Source: Kudoa neothunni | Lineage: Eukaryota > Animalia > Cnidaria | Length of the DNA: 64,000 bases | Direction of reading: 5' to 3' | Assembly (NCBI GenBank): GCA_964304625.1 | Contig: OZ199838.1 | Span: 481,059-545,058, forward strand | Shown here: positions 23,905 through 37,376 of the stretch, piece after piece | Position numbering within the stretch: the first letter of the stretch is position 1 | Layout: each line of letters opens with the position of its first letter | Program-made: the position numbers and the translations under genes | The notes under the pieces: model-generated | The model's input: the letters and a program-made list of their open reading frames with translations, nothing else | Database searches by the model: none | What the model was told of the DNA's origin: nothing

Positions 23905-25383
23905 GGATGTACCTTAACTACAGTTTGACTTTATTACGGAGTAGGGGGAAGCGTAGAAGCAACGATCCGACAGGGATCGGGTAATGATAATTTATCTCAT
24001 TTCTTTTATTATGACTTTTAAAATAATATGGAAATAATGAAATTACAAAAATCAAAATATCAAAAATGGAATTAAATTTTTCTTCCCAGTTCAGATCGAT
24101 AAGAATAATTGATTGCTTAATATTTTTTTATTTGTCAAACAATGAATTAGTCTCTATACTTGTTCGACAATAACCTGGAAATTTTGGTTTTCCTATATTT
24201 TCATTCTAGTTAGCATTAATTTTTTATTTTTTCAAAGTTACTCACACATATTTCTATACTTTACCTTGTTATGAGTATGAGAGGATATAATGTTTTAAAA
24301 TGGATTAAATTTCCCACGTTCCTCTTAAAAGACACTTTCTAGGTTTCTTATATGGTAAATTTATTTCGTTATATAATTTTACTATGTAAAATTCAATGCT
24401 TTGATTAGAAAAGGTCACTTCAAGAATTCTACAAGATACTCTAATTACTATAATTTTTACCGCTTCTATTTGACAAAATAAATTAAATATTTAAGAACCG
24501 ATTACATACATGTCCTCGTATAAATGTATTAACGTTAATTGCACTCTTATTTGTGACCGAAAAAAATTATTTTTTTAATAATTTTAATTTACATATTGCG
24601 TTTAGGCATTAAACTTAAATCCCTCTTTTAAATGAGAAATTTTTTGCCAATAACATCGGGTTCTTTAGTAGGAATAGTAAAAAATCATTAGAACTGATCT
24701 ATTGTCGGTCTATGGAACATATAATATTTGTTAATATATGTACAATAAAGACGAGAAAACTGACCGCTTTGAACTGGGTTGAACAACTCCAAAAACTGTA
24801 TGCCGCTAGTATTATAAAAAAGCATCCAATTAGCGGATAAGGATAAATTGTGGGGGGTGATGGGTATCCTTTATAAGGAAAAAGAAAAAACAAGCACCGT
24901 TTACTAACAGGAGATAACTAGAAACTAAACAATAAGTATTAATCGGAGTCTAGTAATTATAATTTGGATACAAATGGATCAAATATTATGAATTTAACGA
25001 CGTAGTTACGGAGAAAGAGTGCGAGCGAATAATGTATTTTTGAAGGGGAAACTTCACGTAATAATTGATGACATCTATATATAATTTTATGATACGAAAG
25101 CCCCATCAGAGGGAATGATCGGAGAACCTTGTTGATGGATCCGGGATATTTGGTTTAACACTTTGCCAAGTAGAAATAGGGGTGAGAGATCCTTTAACGA
25201 GGTTCGGTTATTATTTCTCCAAGCATCAGATATGGAAACTTTAACCCAAATTATCCAAAATGAAACCAAACCCAGTTCTTTTTACTATGAGGACGGATAG
25301 GCAACCTGCAATTATTTGGGATCATTGATGTACAGACATACCACAACCAGCAACTCCGAAGAATATGTTGGGAAAACAATAAC
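23905..25383 (+). mobile_element. Truncated, decayed Merlin (IS1595/ISXO2-like) transposon fragment
   Basis: Interrupted frames at ~25045-25370 read KLHVIIDD..IFGLT..ETLTQIIQNETKPSSF..LGSLMYRHTTTSNSEEYV, resembling the ISXO2 motifs VEIDE..WVFG..TL..II..PGS..Y.H.TVNHS. Left end (ggatgtacc) is tentative. Confidence 0.55.
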
Positions 25384-26977
25384 AAATTAGAAGCTTGCTG
25401 AGGTCCACTAAAAAAAAATTCATAGAATAAGAAGAGGAGTGTTAGCTAAAAATTTAATTCAATATCTTCAAGAAGAATACTTTCGATCGACTATGGGATC
25501 ACAAATATAATTATTGAATTATATTTTTATAGGAATAAATATTTTTATTTATTTATCTTGTGTTATTATATGCTCACTCGTTCTTTTATTATCGAATGAT
25601 TTGCCATTCTCTATTGTTATCCCTAAATATGTGTGAATAAGTTTAAAAATATAAGCATTGAATTTATTATTTCTTTCAATATTTAAAAGTAAATGAGTAA
25701 TGAAAATGTTGTAAAATAATTTGATTAATTGAAATAAAGAAGTAAATCTAATTCTCTAAAATTCCATATTCGAAGTTAATCTTTTCATTAATAAATTTTA
25801 ATGGAATTAAAATAAATTAAATATATAATAAATTATTATTTATTTGTGAGGTATAATAATTCATAAATATCGTCATCTTATCAGGTTATATTTTATTAAT
25901 TTTATATAAGTATATAAAATTAAATTTATTTTGAATTATCACGATAATTTTGTAAAATCATGTAAACTTGTTTCTTATTAAAAATAAATTTTTAAAATGA
26001 AATAGATGACAAGTGTTCGTAAACGTCAAACTTTTGGTATTTAATTTTGTTATGTTGTAAAATTCAGGAGCTACGAATATTTTTGTTTAATATATATGAA
26101 ACATATTTAATGGGGAAATTTTTTTATAATAATTATTTAATACAAATTAATAATTATTAACAATAACGCCAAATATTAAAGATCGCCTATTTTGTTAGGA
26201 AATTGATTACATAATTTCTTTATTTCAACCAAAAACTTTATATAACAATTTATAAAATAACGAAAATATTTTTACATTAAAATAAGTTTTTAGAAAATAC
26301 GAATATTTTATATTTTTTGGAAACTAGGCATTATTGAATAGTATAAGTGTAATTCTAATTAAACATTGACAAATTTATCTTACAGTGTAATACCTAAAAA
26401 TACAATTGGAAACTTTCCTAAAATATAAGAAGTTGCTATTGGCATGATAAATACTATTCAGATGTCACTAATTTAGATTATATTAAATTATATCTGTATA
26501 TAACTTGCGAGTAAGAGCTGGCGGAATTAAAATTTTCGTAATGCACATTTACATTATATTTGGGTTTTAAAATTACCATGTAAATAACTTCGGACTAAAA
26601 TTTATCAATTATGCAATTTATAATGTTATTTGTTTATGCTTATTGACTAATCGTAAATCAACCACATGGAATTTTTATAAATTATGTACATTTTGTAATA
26701 TGAAAATAATATTTCATGTATATTATATAAAATTTTTTGGATCAATGAAGAACGTGATGGTTGGAGCATCAGAAATAATCAATAATAATCGGAAAGATGA
26801 TTGTCTATTCACCTAAAATTTTGTCACATTTGAATAGTTATTATCTTTTCGTAAGATCGAAGCTGGTTACTTTATAATTGAATTGGACGTATGAAAAATT
26901 AGACAGTTGAATTCCTCCATTCATATCGACACAAATTTAAACAAAACATTTTTTGTTAATTCGCAAATAGTAAGATA

Positions 26978-29900
26978 ATGATGATGAGATTATCTTTACG
27001 GCAACGATACACTTCTACAACATACCTCGTCATTTTCACTTGTATTTTTCTCTGAAATTATATATATATATATATATATATATTAATCGTGATTAGTGTT
27101 ATGTACGAAAAATGTGATCTCTGATAATATTGATAATAATATAATTAAAATTATTTTTTCACAAAGTGAGGGGAGCTATATTGTTTCACTTTCTGGATAC
27201 TATATTGAGAATAGCTTTAAACACTGTGCCCTCCAATATTATGGACAAACTAAGGAAACAATCGATTTCTCCTCCAAGTGTAATACAGGCATAGGTGGTA
27301 CGCAAATAAATGATAATTCAAAGATGTGTATTTACAAATGTCAAAAACTCGAATTAAATCTCACTGGTCAAGAGTTTAAATCCATTAAAAACATAAAGTG
27401 GTGTCAAGGTATGAATGAAAATGATGTAAAAAGCTGTCCTACCAAGATGGTTTTTGCTATGAAAGGTATATAACTTATTTGATAATATTTAATATAATAA
27501 AATAGATCTTTATATAAAGAGTTCGCTAACAGTAACAAAAGAAAATAATACATTCACTCTTTCAGTTCTAAGTAAGGAAAACAGCGAGTTGGTTGTCAAA
27601 GAAGATTCTGTTTCAAAATCCAGTCAACCATCGTCTACTGTTTTTTATACATCCAAGTCTATTACAATACATTCTAAATCACATCAATCTACGTATGTGG
27701 TTGAACTCGACAATTACCTACCAGAAATTTTATTGAATCAAAAAAATCTTGATGAGGATTGGTTTATTGCAACAGGATCAAATGAAAACAATGATAATTA
27801 CTATACAATTATGCTCCAAAATCCAAAACCTTCACGAATTTGTTATTTTGGAATAAAAGATATTAATGACTCTCATTTTTCTTCTAATTGTTCAAAGATG
27901 AAGAAAGCTGGGCCTTGTCTTCAGCCTTGCTACAAAGCGACCTTATATCATGAGAAAGATTTAAAGTTCGCCCAAGTAATCGTTAAACCCCTTGATAAGA
28001 TAACATCAAAAGAGTTTATTCAAACCATCACATGTAAATTCTAATTTATCTGATGTTTCATATCGATTGTATAGTCGCTACCGGTCAACCCACTGTGACT
28101 GTCACTGGAAAGAACGTGGCAACTGTAGTGTTAACTAATTTAAATCAAAATGAAGGAGTCAATAGTGCTGTAGGAGGAGTAGATATCTTAGAAATTAAAA
28201 TAATAGAAAAATTCCTAGGAATTGAAGGTAATTGGAAAAATCCTACATGTAGCGGAGAATGTAAAACATTCGAGTCAATCAGTTTGAGCTCGCTTCTGCC
28301 ACTTACAGAATATATTTTAAAAGTTAAAATAAAAGGACTTACACCGTTAGATTCTCCAGAAGTCAATTATTATCATCGTTATTTTTATTTCAAAACTAAA
28401 GGTAACTTTAAATATTAGCTCTATATCTGTAATTTCAAATAGGGGATGTATTAACAAAAACTGGCGGTCTTAAACCAACCACCACTTCTGACCAACATAA
28501 TAAACTAACTCTTAACTTATCCAATTTATTTTCTGATGCAAACAGTAATGAAAAACAATGTGATCTCTATTATTCAGTCGCTGGACGTGATACATCGATA
28601 TATCCTGCTACTTGTGATGGAAAAAAGTTTTGTTCTGGTCCTTGTAATATCGTGTTTAATGTAATAAACCTTGATCCCAAAACAACATACAAAATAACTC
28701 TTTGTCCTAAAGGATATAATTGTATTGAAAGCACCGAGGAGTCAAGTAATTTATTTATTAAATTTAATAATAATGAGATTAAATAGCTACCGGAACCGAT
28801 ATAACAATAAGCACCTCAGAAGATGATGGAGATAACAAAACCAAGGCCACATTAACTGCTTCTCCAGCTGGAAATTTAGGATCTTCGTGGGCATACATCC
28901 TACTGGAAGAAGGATCCAATAAAGTTATCAAGGATTGTTTGAATAGCGAATGCGATCCTGCTGTAACAAATGGACCTAACACAGTAGATTTCTTATGGGA
29001 TTCTCTCAACTGCGAAATTACATATAAACTAGTTGTTATAAATGTTGAATCTTCCAAACCAACCGAAAAAAGCATCGAATGTAATTTCATTTTTATATAA
29101 ATATTAATTATATATTTATAGGTGGTGTTGAAGAAGGTAATCAGAACATGGTCCTATATTACAATAAATCAGAACCAAAGTACATGATTAAATTCAAAGA
29201 CAATGATCTAACTAGCATGAGTGGTAAACAATGCACCGTCCAAAAATCTAGTGTTAATCTTTTGAGTTACGTTGATGTTCAAATAAACGGAGGAAAAATT
29301 CAAAAAACATGCGACAATCTTTCAACAAAATTCGGCATTGACATTAATAGTCAGAATAAACCAAATTATATTTCTGTCACTTATCTAGACACCAAAACTA
29401 TCCCTGCAAAAAAGGCCGAACTCTCACATATTAGGAAAGAAATTATCTCAAAATCGCATTCAGCCAGCGAAAATTTAAAAGGACCAAAAATAAACGGTGG
29501 AGAAAAAAAAGAAGACATAATTGAACTACAGCCGGAAGTAGTAACTTTCAATGTAGGAAAGGTCTATTCATACTACATAGGTAATATAAAATTTCGTTAG
29601 AAATTTAACCATTTCTTTTAAGATCATTTCAACGAACTTACTCACAAAGCTGAATTAAAAGATGACAAAATAAAGTTGGGTTTAAATAAATGTTCAATAG
29701 AGTGCAATGCATATAAGGACACCGACGTGCAAGGATCTGTGAAGGAACCACAATCTTGTGGCCCCCAAGATGGTATTGGAAGTTATTCGATTCAATTTGA
29801 TGAGTTAATAAAAGATTATTATATAAGCTGTCCAAAATATTTTGACTTTCATTATTTCTACGATAATACATTTGTTAAAAATCAAGCCCCTATTTTCAGT

Positions 29901-32900
29901 AGATTTTATTACAAACTAAAAAATGATAAAAACCCTGATTCATTCACAATTCAATTGGTTAATCCAGAGCCATCTGAAATGTGTACGTTCGAATGGATTG
30001 ACGCCACAGCATCAAATTCAAACAGTTTTTTTTCGAATGAATGTGATAACACGGAAAACTGTTTTTTCAGTATGTGCAACAGCTTCAGATTTGGAAATGT
30101 GCAGCCGAGTGTAAAGGCCATTAAAATAAGGGTCCTAAAACTAGGAATGAAACCTACTATCGGTTATCAAAATAATATACACATACGTATGATTTTGATA
30201 TATTTAATAAATAACACAAAATATTTTAGTGAAACATGGTGACGATGTTTCGGTGACAACCACTGGAACAAAAATTAAAATCGATATTAATGGGAAAAAT
30301 AAAAACGAAGATGGTGAGGAAGTTACCAGCCCAGCTGCTACATGCGCGGTAAGGTTTTGGAACGCGTACGCCCCATTAGTTACTGAAACTGGAATGAAAC
30401 TTGTGACTAATCTATCGTCGGATTGTAACTTTGGGGAGATTCAAATTACTCCTGTCCCAACTTATTTACATTATGATGTTATGGTAATCATAACGGGTAT
30501 ACCTAATTACTCACCAAGAAAATATTTTTTCCATAAAATAAGTATTTAGTCAGATTAAAAATTCTTTTAAATATATTTTCAGCTCAAAACGAACAAATTT
30601 CCATTCAAGATAATTCAATCTCTCCTAATTCAAATGGATTCACAATTACCCCAACTTCAGTAACTCAATCAATAATTTGTACTATCTACATAAAAGAGAA
30701 AAGTGATTTATATTACCCTGCAATTTGTTCATTAAAGGAGTTGTGTGTAAAACCGTGCGACTCAACGTTCGGCATTATTGGGCTTAACTCCGATACTTCT
30801 TATGGTCTCAAAATTGTTCCTAGTGGAGCTTATGACACTCAAATTGTTAATAATAAAAAAACAAGTAACAACCATTATTGATAAGTTTAATAAGTGAATA
30901 AATATTCAATAGGCGGTGAAACAATTGAATTTGAAATTTCAAATCAGTCCAAAAAGAACAAGCTCATTATACAAGTGAAACAATCATTCAATGGAGCAAG
31001 CGATACAAAATGCTACTATCAGCTATATAAACATGATACAAACGAAAGTAATAATGCCATATTTATTTTTACTATCTTTAAATAGCTTCACCCACGAGAA
31101 TAATAAAGTCTTGCATTGATTGTACTAATGACGATGATGTTAAAAAATGCGATGATATCAAGTTTGATAATGATATTTACGATAACAAATATAACTACAG
31201 GTTGATGATTTATGCAGAACAAAAATCGTCACCTTTCAAACTATCGATACCAGGTAACATTTACAAAGAAGCTAAAAACTGACATACATTTGTAGCTTTT
31301 ATTCGGCGTGGAAAACTTGAACAAAAGTTTATAAAATCTTCGGTGGATGATGTTGAAAAATTCTCAATTACACTAAAAGATTTTCCCAATACTAATAAGT
31401 GTGTAATAAAAATGGCGAATTTGGCAGGAACTACATTTAAGAAGCCACAACTCTGCACAGACGTAGATGAAGGTGATTGTTTGGTGGAATGCACCAAAAG
31501 TGATCTTAATGTCGGATATATTAATTCAAAAGTGCTCGATATATAACAGTTTGTTATGGCACAGACAACGCAGAAGCCAAAAGTTGTAAAATGGTTCAAG
31601 TATTCCCAATAATAATGAGTAATTAATAAGAATAATATTTTGATAATATAATTTTCAACGATACTCTTTTTAGATTACAAACAGGATAACACTTATGCAA
31701 TAACTCATACTGACGGCGAAATTAGTTTCTCTTATAAATCAAACTCAAAAACGAGTGGAATATACAATATGACGGGATCGATGATAAACACATCGGTACA
31801 CAAAAGACTTTATTAGCTATATCAACTTATTCCGAGACTACAGATGTTAAAACTGCTTTTCTCTCGATTGATAGATACATAAGTTATTACAATATCAGTT
31901 CAACACTGCTCTGGCCAGGAATATTCTATTACGTGAATAATACTTACTTGAATTCGGAGATCCCTCAAAAATCAGAGATCACTTATTCTTTATCAAGCGT
32001 TGCGAATAACAATAGGCAACTTCGGATAAAATTCTCTCCTGGTCCATATAATGACGAGATTTGTCACATCAAAGTATTTAAGGTAGATGAGAATGGAGCA
32101 GATCAAGAAAGTAATGTTCTGAATGGATGCACTGAGGAGAAAAAGAGTGCTTCCACCTTTGTCAAGATGGTGTTATCAATTTGACAGAAGAAAGTGAGAA
32201 TATTGGAATAATTGTAAAACGAAGATTTGATACCGCTGGATTCAAACAATACTTTAAAAGTAGTATTGGATTTAACTTCAAAAATAATGTCTTATAGGAA
32301 TTGACAGTGGTATAAATATAAGCGATATTAAGTATACGGAAGTCACCCTTACCGGACTTAATGTCTATAAGGATATGAAAGCAGGTTCCTCTGCTTCAGT
32401 GTGTACAATTACAATACGTCGAGCAAATACTTTTTCGACTGAATCAAGGGCTATTTGTGATAATAATAACCAATGTGACACTAGCTGTGAAGAGTCGTAC
32501 ACTATTAAGAGGCCTTCTCGCCGGCACAACTTATGTAATTTCTGTAACAGTAACCAACATTGGAATTATCGGGTACACAAAGGAAACAACATTCCGAACA
32601 AGTAACGGAAAATTAAATGGTCATATGTTAACAATTTATTCAGCTGGAGGAGATGAATTAACGGCGGGTGAATCAGAATCTACCATAAAGAATTCCACTG
32701 CCACAATAACACCATTTGGATCTAATAATTATTTGCCGGTCTGTAGAATTTATATTAAAAAAAGTGGAGTCTTGGATCCAAAATATATGGCTACGTGTGG
32801 TGGAATGGGAGCATGCGAGAATAAATGTGATGCTGAGTTCATAATTGTTAACCTAGAATTAGGAGCAACCTACAAAATAACCGTCGAACCATTCTGATGG

Positions 32901-33845
32901 CAAAAAGCAAAAGGAATATTCTGTTAAGACAAGTATTCCAAATATATTAGTATATGTTTAATAATATTTTTTAGTAAATGGTGCTATTTCAATTAAGCAT
33001 TCGTTGAACGGAGGTAGTGATTTGACAATTGAAGTCGGTTTCACAGGGAAAAATGACAATTCAAGATGTCCGTTTATGATTCAGGAAAAAATCGGAGACA
33101 ACGAGGAGGGGGAAATTATTACATGGTGTAATGATGATGAAAAATGCTCTGCCAATAAATGTACCGTTAACATCAATACTTGTCGAGGGAAAAAGACTAC
33201 ATTTTGAAATTAAAAGCAAAGGATTATTCACTCTATAACAAATATAGTATTCAGTGTAAATATATTTTGTTTAAATAATTAAATAATCCCTATTGTTTAA
33301 TGATATATTTTACAAAGATTCCAGAATTAGTATAATTAAAGGGTAATAAAATTCTAGTTATTTATTACATATTTATAATTATTTAATTTTAGTAAATTAA
33401 ATAAAAAAACATATAGAGTTAAAAATTTATAGAAGGAGAAAACATTAGGAGCGAGCATGTCAACATTGTAATAGATGATATCGTTCAGAATGTAATAAAA
33501 AGGGTTGAGAAAGGGTAAAAACAATTTCTTATGCCATATTTTATAGTATCATATATAGTAAAATATAAATAATTGAATGATCTGAAATATAAGAAAAATT
33601 GTAGATAGTAAAGAAAATCGCAATTACGATGCTGCGAAGAATAGTTATTCGTAATTTGCATTTATATTTTCAAGTTTGACATTAGATAGGTCTGTTGGAA
33701 GTTACATGTAATAGAATATACACATTTGTTATACATAATCTCTTTTAGATTATATGCAATGATACCCATCGTGGCTTCACTTTTGGTAGTGATAGGTATA
33801 GCTGTTTATAGGAAGAATTCTAAAGACATATCTTACGATCTATAA
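26978..33845 (+). CDS. FN3/Cys-repeat type-I membrane protein, paralogue 3 (six single-base frameshifts in the 3' third: assembly error or recent pseudogene)
   Basis: Same exon layout. Starts MMMRLSLRQRYTSTTYLVIFTLLCTKNVIS and ends RKNSKDISYDL*. Indels relative to the paralogues at ~31533, 31752, 32142, 32508, 32893, 33178. Confidence 0.75.
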
Positions 33846-34334
33846 AGTCTATGATACATTCACCATCCATTATAACAGTTACCTATATTTACATAAAATT
33901 TAGTTAACAAATTTGTTATTAGTTGTTTAAAAATTATATTTAAAATAATATAATTATAGTCGATAATGATTAGACTTTTTTCATATTGAACATAGATTTA
34001 TTTTTATCTAAAATTATATAAGCGCTAAACAACATTTATTTTGCGTATCACTTCCTAATTCTTATTTATTAATCCTTCATTCCAAATGTCTATTTAAAAT
34101 TTAAATGAACAAGAGTAAAAATTGCATCTACATGACGCTCTATTTTTAAATTATTTTCCGAATTAATTTTGAGACGATGTGATGATTTTTATCTATTTAA
34201 AAACGAATTCAAAATAATTTTAGAGGATTATTCCAAGTAGAGTACGTATTTCAAAAAATGTAACTTATTTCCATGCATTATCGTGATTAATTAAAATATG
34301 AATTTTTATAGCTTAAAATATATATATATATCCA

Positions 34335-37300
34335 GTTTCATGCGTGTGCGTCACACTGTAAAATACGATTTTCTTGTGCTTACGTTTGATGATTATTCCT
34401 ACAAACAAACATTGTTAAAACACAGATAACATAGAGTTCAATTAAGGAAGAGTTATTAAATTTTGTGAAAAAATCTTGTGATTTTTGTATGTCGAAATCT
34501 TTTGATTGATATTTTTTAAATTCTGTCCGTTATGGAATATAAATCAAAAAATTCAGATGGAACCTCTTGAATTAAAACTTTCATTAAAATGTTAACTATA
34601 TTTTTTATTGATTTGATTAAGATTTTGACTTTTTTACTAATTGGTTTGATATCATCAGATTAACCAACCATTGTGGGCAATAAGTCCGCATGATTTTGAT
34701 TCGCACATGTTGCAGCGTTATCATCGTCAAATATATTTTCGTAAACTTCGAATTCATTTAATACGATTAATTATGTATACATAAAATATTGTTTGGTGAA
34801 ATGTTTCTGACTTGGGATATCTTTCTTAAATCTTCTTGTTCTATAAACTGATATATCTTGTTTGTTACGGTTTTATATGTTACTACCAAACATTTTTGAA
34901 TTTTAAAACAATTAAATGTAATTTCTGATATAATACTCTCCCGAAGTTTAATTAATGACCTGATTGAGTTTAGTAATGTTTATTTTTCAATGATAAAAGC
35001 TTTATATAAAACCGTGTGCTTTGTCATTGTATTCCTGCTATACTTTAATGCATTTAATGATTTCTAAATTAAGGGTTGTAGAATATTACTTGTATTTTTT
35101 GGAGGTAAAAATACAGATATTGTTAAAAAATAAATATTTTTGGGCTGAAAAGGATATTGATTCAACAATTTAAGACTTTTCTGTTCTCATCTATCATCAT
35201 TTTGTTTAATTTTCTCATTATGTTTATAAATATATTACACATCATACATGTGTTTTTTTGAATAATATTCACGCGGCAGATGTTCAACTCAGTTGAAACG
35301 TCTAGGATCCTGAAATTTAACAGTAGAAACTGATGGAAGTTCACCCTTATTTAAAAAAGAGCGACAGTAAAACATTCACTATTTTTTGGATATTTTTTGC
35401 CTTATATTCCGACTTCATCCTTTAAAACATAACTAATGTTTTGTAACTGCTCACAAAAGTAGGTTAGTTTCATCTAAGTTTATAACGTCTTTAGGAAGTT
35501 ATGCCGTAACCAAATTAATGTTTTCAACAGATGAAATATATGTATTCCCAGCCTCACCATGAAACATTTTGAAAGCTATCCCATATTTTGACGTGGACTT
35601 TGAAAAGCGCCCTTCACGAGACTTTAAATTGGAAAATTCTTTTTGTTTGCAGTGTATATAGTGATTTCGATAAAAACACATCTCAGCAGAATATTATCAT
35701 CCGACCATTTTTAACGATCCAATCAAACAGCTCACCATCTATATTTTTAAATTTCCCCAAATAATTTTTTTTTGTTTACAAGGTAAAACCCCTGGCGCAA
35801 CTTATTACGTTGTGGAATTCTGGTTGGTCAGACCTCTTCCATTAACGCTTTAGGTACTACAGGACATAACACGAAACCCCGCGCTTATCTTTATACGGTA
35901 GTGTGGGACTTTAACCCACTAAACATCCTCGTCTCAGGGCGACCACCACCCCAAACCCTATCCCTTTAAGGAGGCTAGCTCTGTAGGAACTGCAAATTAC
36001 TTTGCCTTTCAATGGGTTCCGGAGATTCAAACTCCTATTCACGAAAATCTGGCTGCCAATGCATCAGTGCATCACACTCCACAGCGAGCTTACACTTTAA
36101 CCAAAGCTCCCAAATATGGGATAGACACCCACCGACACGGAAGTAGTAATCTGATCAATGGCGGATTCGAACCCATCACTTCAAAGTTCTGAGTCCGAGT
36201 GTCACACCGATGTGCTATCTGTCCACGGCATTCATTGATAAAGCTTGTGCATCAGTTGTTTCCTTAAAGACATTTATGAAATCACTGATCAGTCTTTTGC
36301 AGAGGCTTCCATTGGGTAACGGAGACCATGCAGAGTAGGAGTAGGAGTAGGGGGGAAGGAAAATCGTGGACAACATGTAAACAATATTGTCTAAGACAGA
36401 TTTGTGATGTGATATTCGGATTTTAGACCAAAATGAGTATTCGAAGAAAAGAACTACAGTAAATAATGCGCTTTTCTTACCCTTTTATAAGAAATTAATT
36501 GCAAATGTTTAGATAGAATCAGAAAGTTCATCGATGGTCTAATTTAACTGGAAAACTGTTTAAACTGAATTTTCCGAAAATTATATCAACGCTGTGAAAT
36601 AGCATAACATGACATGTTTTAAAAATATTTTTACATATAATGGTCGCTCCAAAAAACTTAACATTAGAATTTCTCAGACTTCCTCAGCCCTGTCGATTCC
36701 ATATTTATTGTGTGCGGTATCGAGTTATTACATTACTTGAGGATGATTCGTTAGAACCATTCATAAGTTTTGGGACTAAAATTAATGCTTCAATAGTTAT
36801 CATTAAATTTAATAAAAATGCTATTCATATATTTCGAGACATCCCATAAATTTTTTGTCGAACATAATAAGCATTGAGAACTAATGTTGTTGGCTTGAAA
36901 GTTTATTCTTCATAGAACTGTAATTTGTATACGGATCAGCTTTATTTCATCTGAGTCACATTGCAAAATTATTATTAAAGATATTATTCCATAATTAATA
37001 GTAATGAAGGTTAAAGTTTTTTACTTGAGATGCTAAAAATTGATTTTTTATTTAATTTCCAATAAATTGTTTTTGTTACAACAATGAGATATTGTTGTAT
37101 GAAAAACAATAATCCTTGAATAATTTTGTATATATCAGTTCTCCCCGCTTTTTAAAACATGTAGTAATGTCTCCTTTTTACAGTCAATTATATATCAATG
37201 CAAATCTTTAATGAAATATAATTGATATATGTTAAAACGTTTCCTCATTTAAGGTTTTTAGGCGTGATGAACGTCACGCTAATCACGCCGTGGCACGCGT

Positions 37301-37376
37301 AGAAACTCTGGTCCTGACCGATAGTTCGCAATTTTTTACGGTCTCGAGGAGATTACGTATTATCGGTTGTCTACTG
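34335..37376 (-). mobile_element. Decayed pogo/Tigger DNA transposon, copy A, interrupted by a SINE
   Basis: Minus-strand remnants FHGEAG, NLDET and FLPPKNTSNILQPL (DDE_1 type) at ~35000-35760. A Tigger-like terminus TA|CAGTAGACAACCGATAATACG lies at 37376; its linkage to this copy is tentative. Confidence 0.7.
35765..36229 (-). mobile_element. tRNA-derived SINE, second copy
   Basis: Full-length homology to 7490-7965. Head has A-box-like tagcacatcgg and B-box ggttcgaatcc. Confidence 0.8.

Larger units (their letters stand above)
9545..34310. repeat. Large inverted duplication: arm ~9545-20152 vs arm ~25384-34310, with a TE-filled spacer at 20153-25383
   Basis: Besides the genes, non-coding upstream DNA matches as reverse complement: 16935-18250 vs 25665-26977, and 19871-20152 vs 25384-25665. 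Confidence 0.85.

Noticed and set aside
4393-29871. Antisense ORFs overlapping the receptor exons (e.g. 4393-4671, 5146-5403, 15650-15874, 28779-29090)
   Set aside because: Shadow frames of real exons; recurrence between copies is explained by paralogy.
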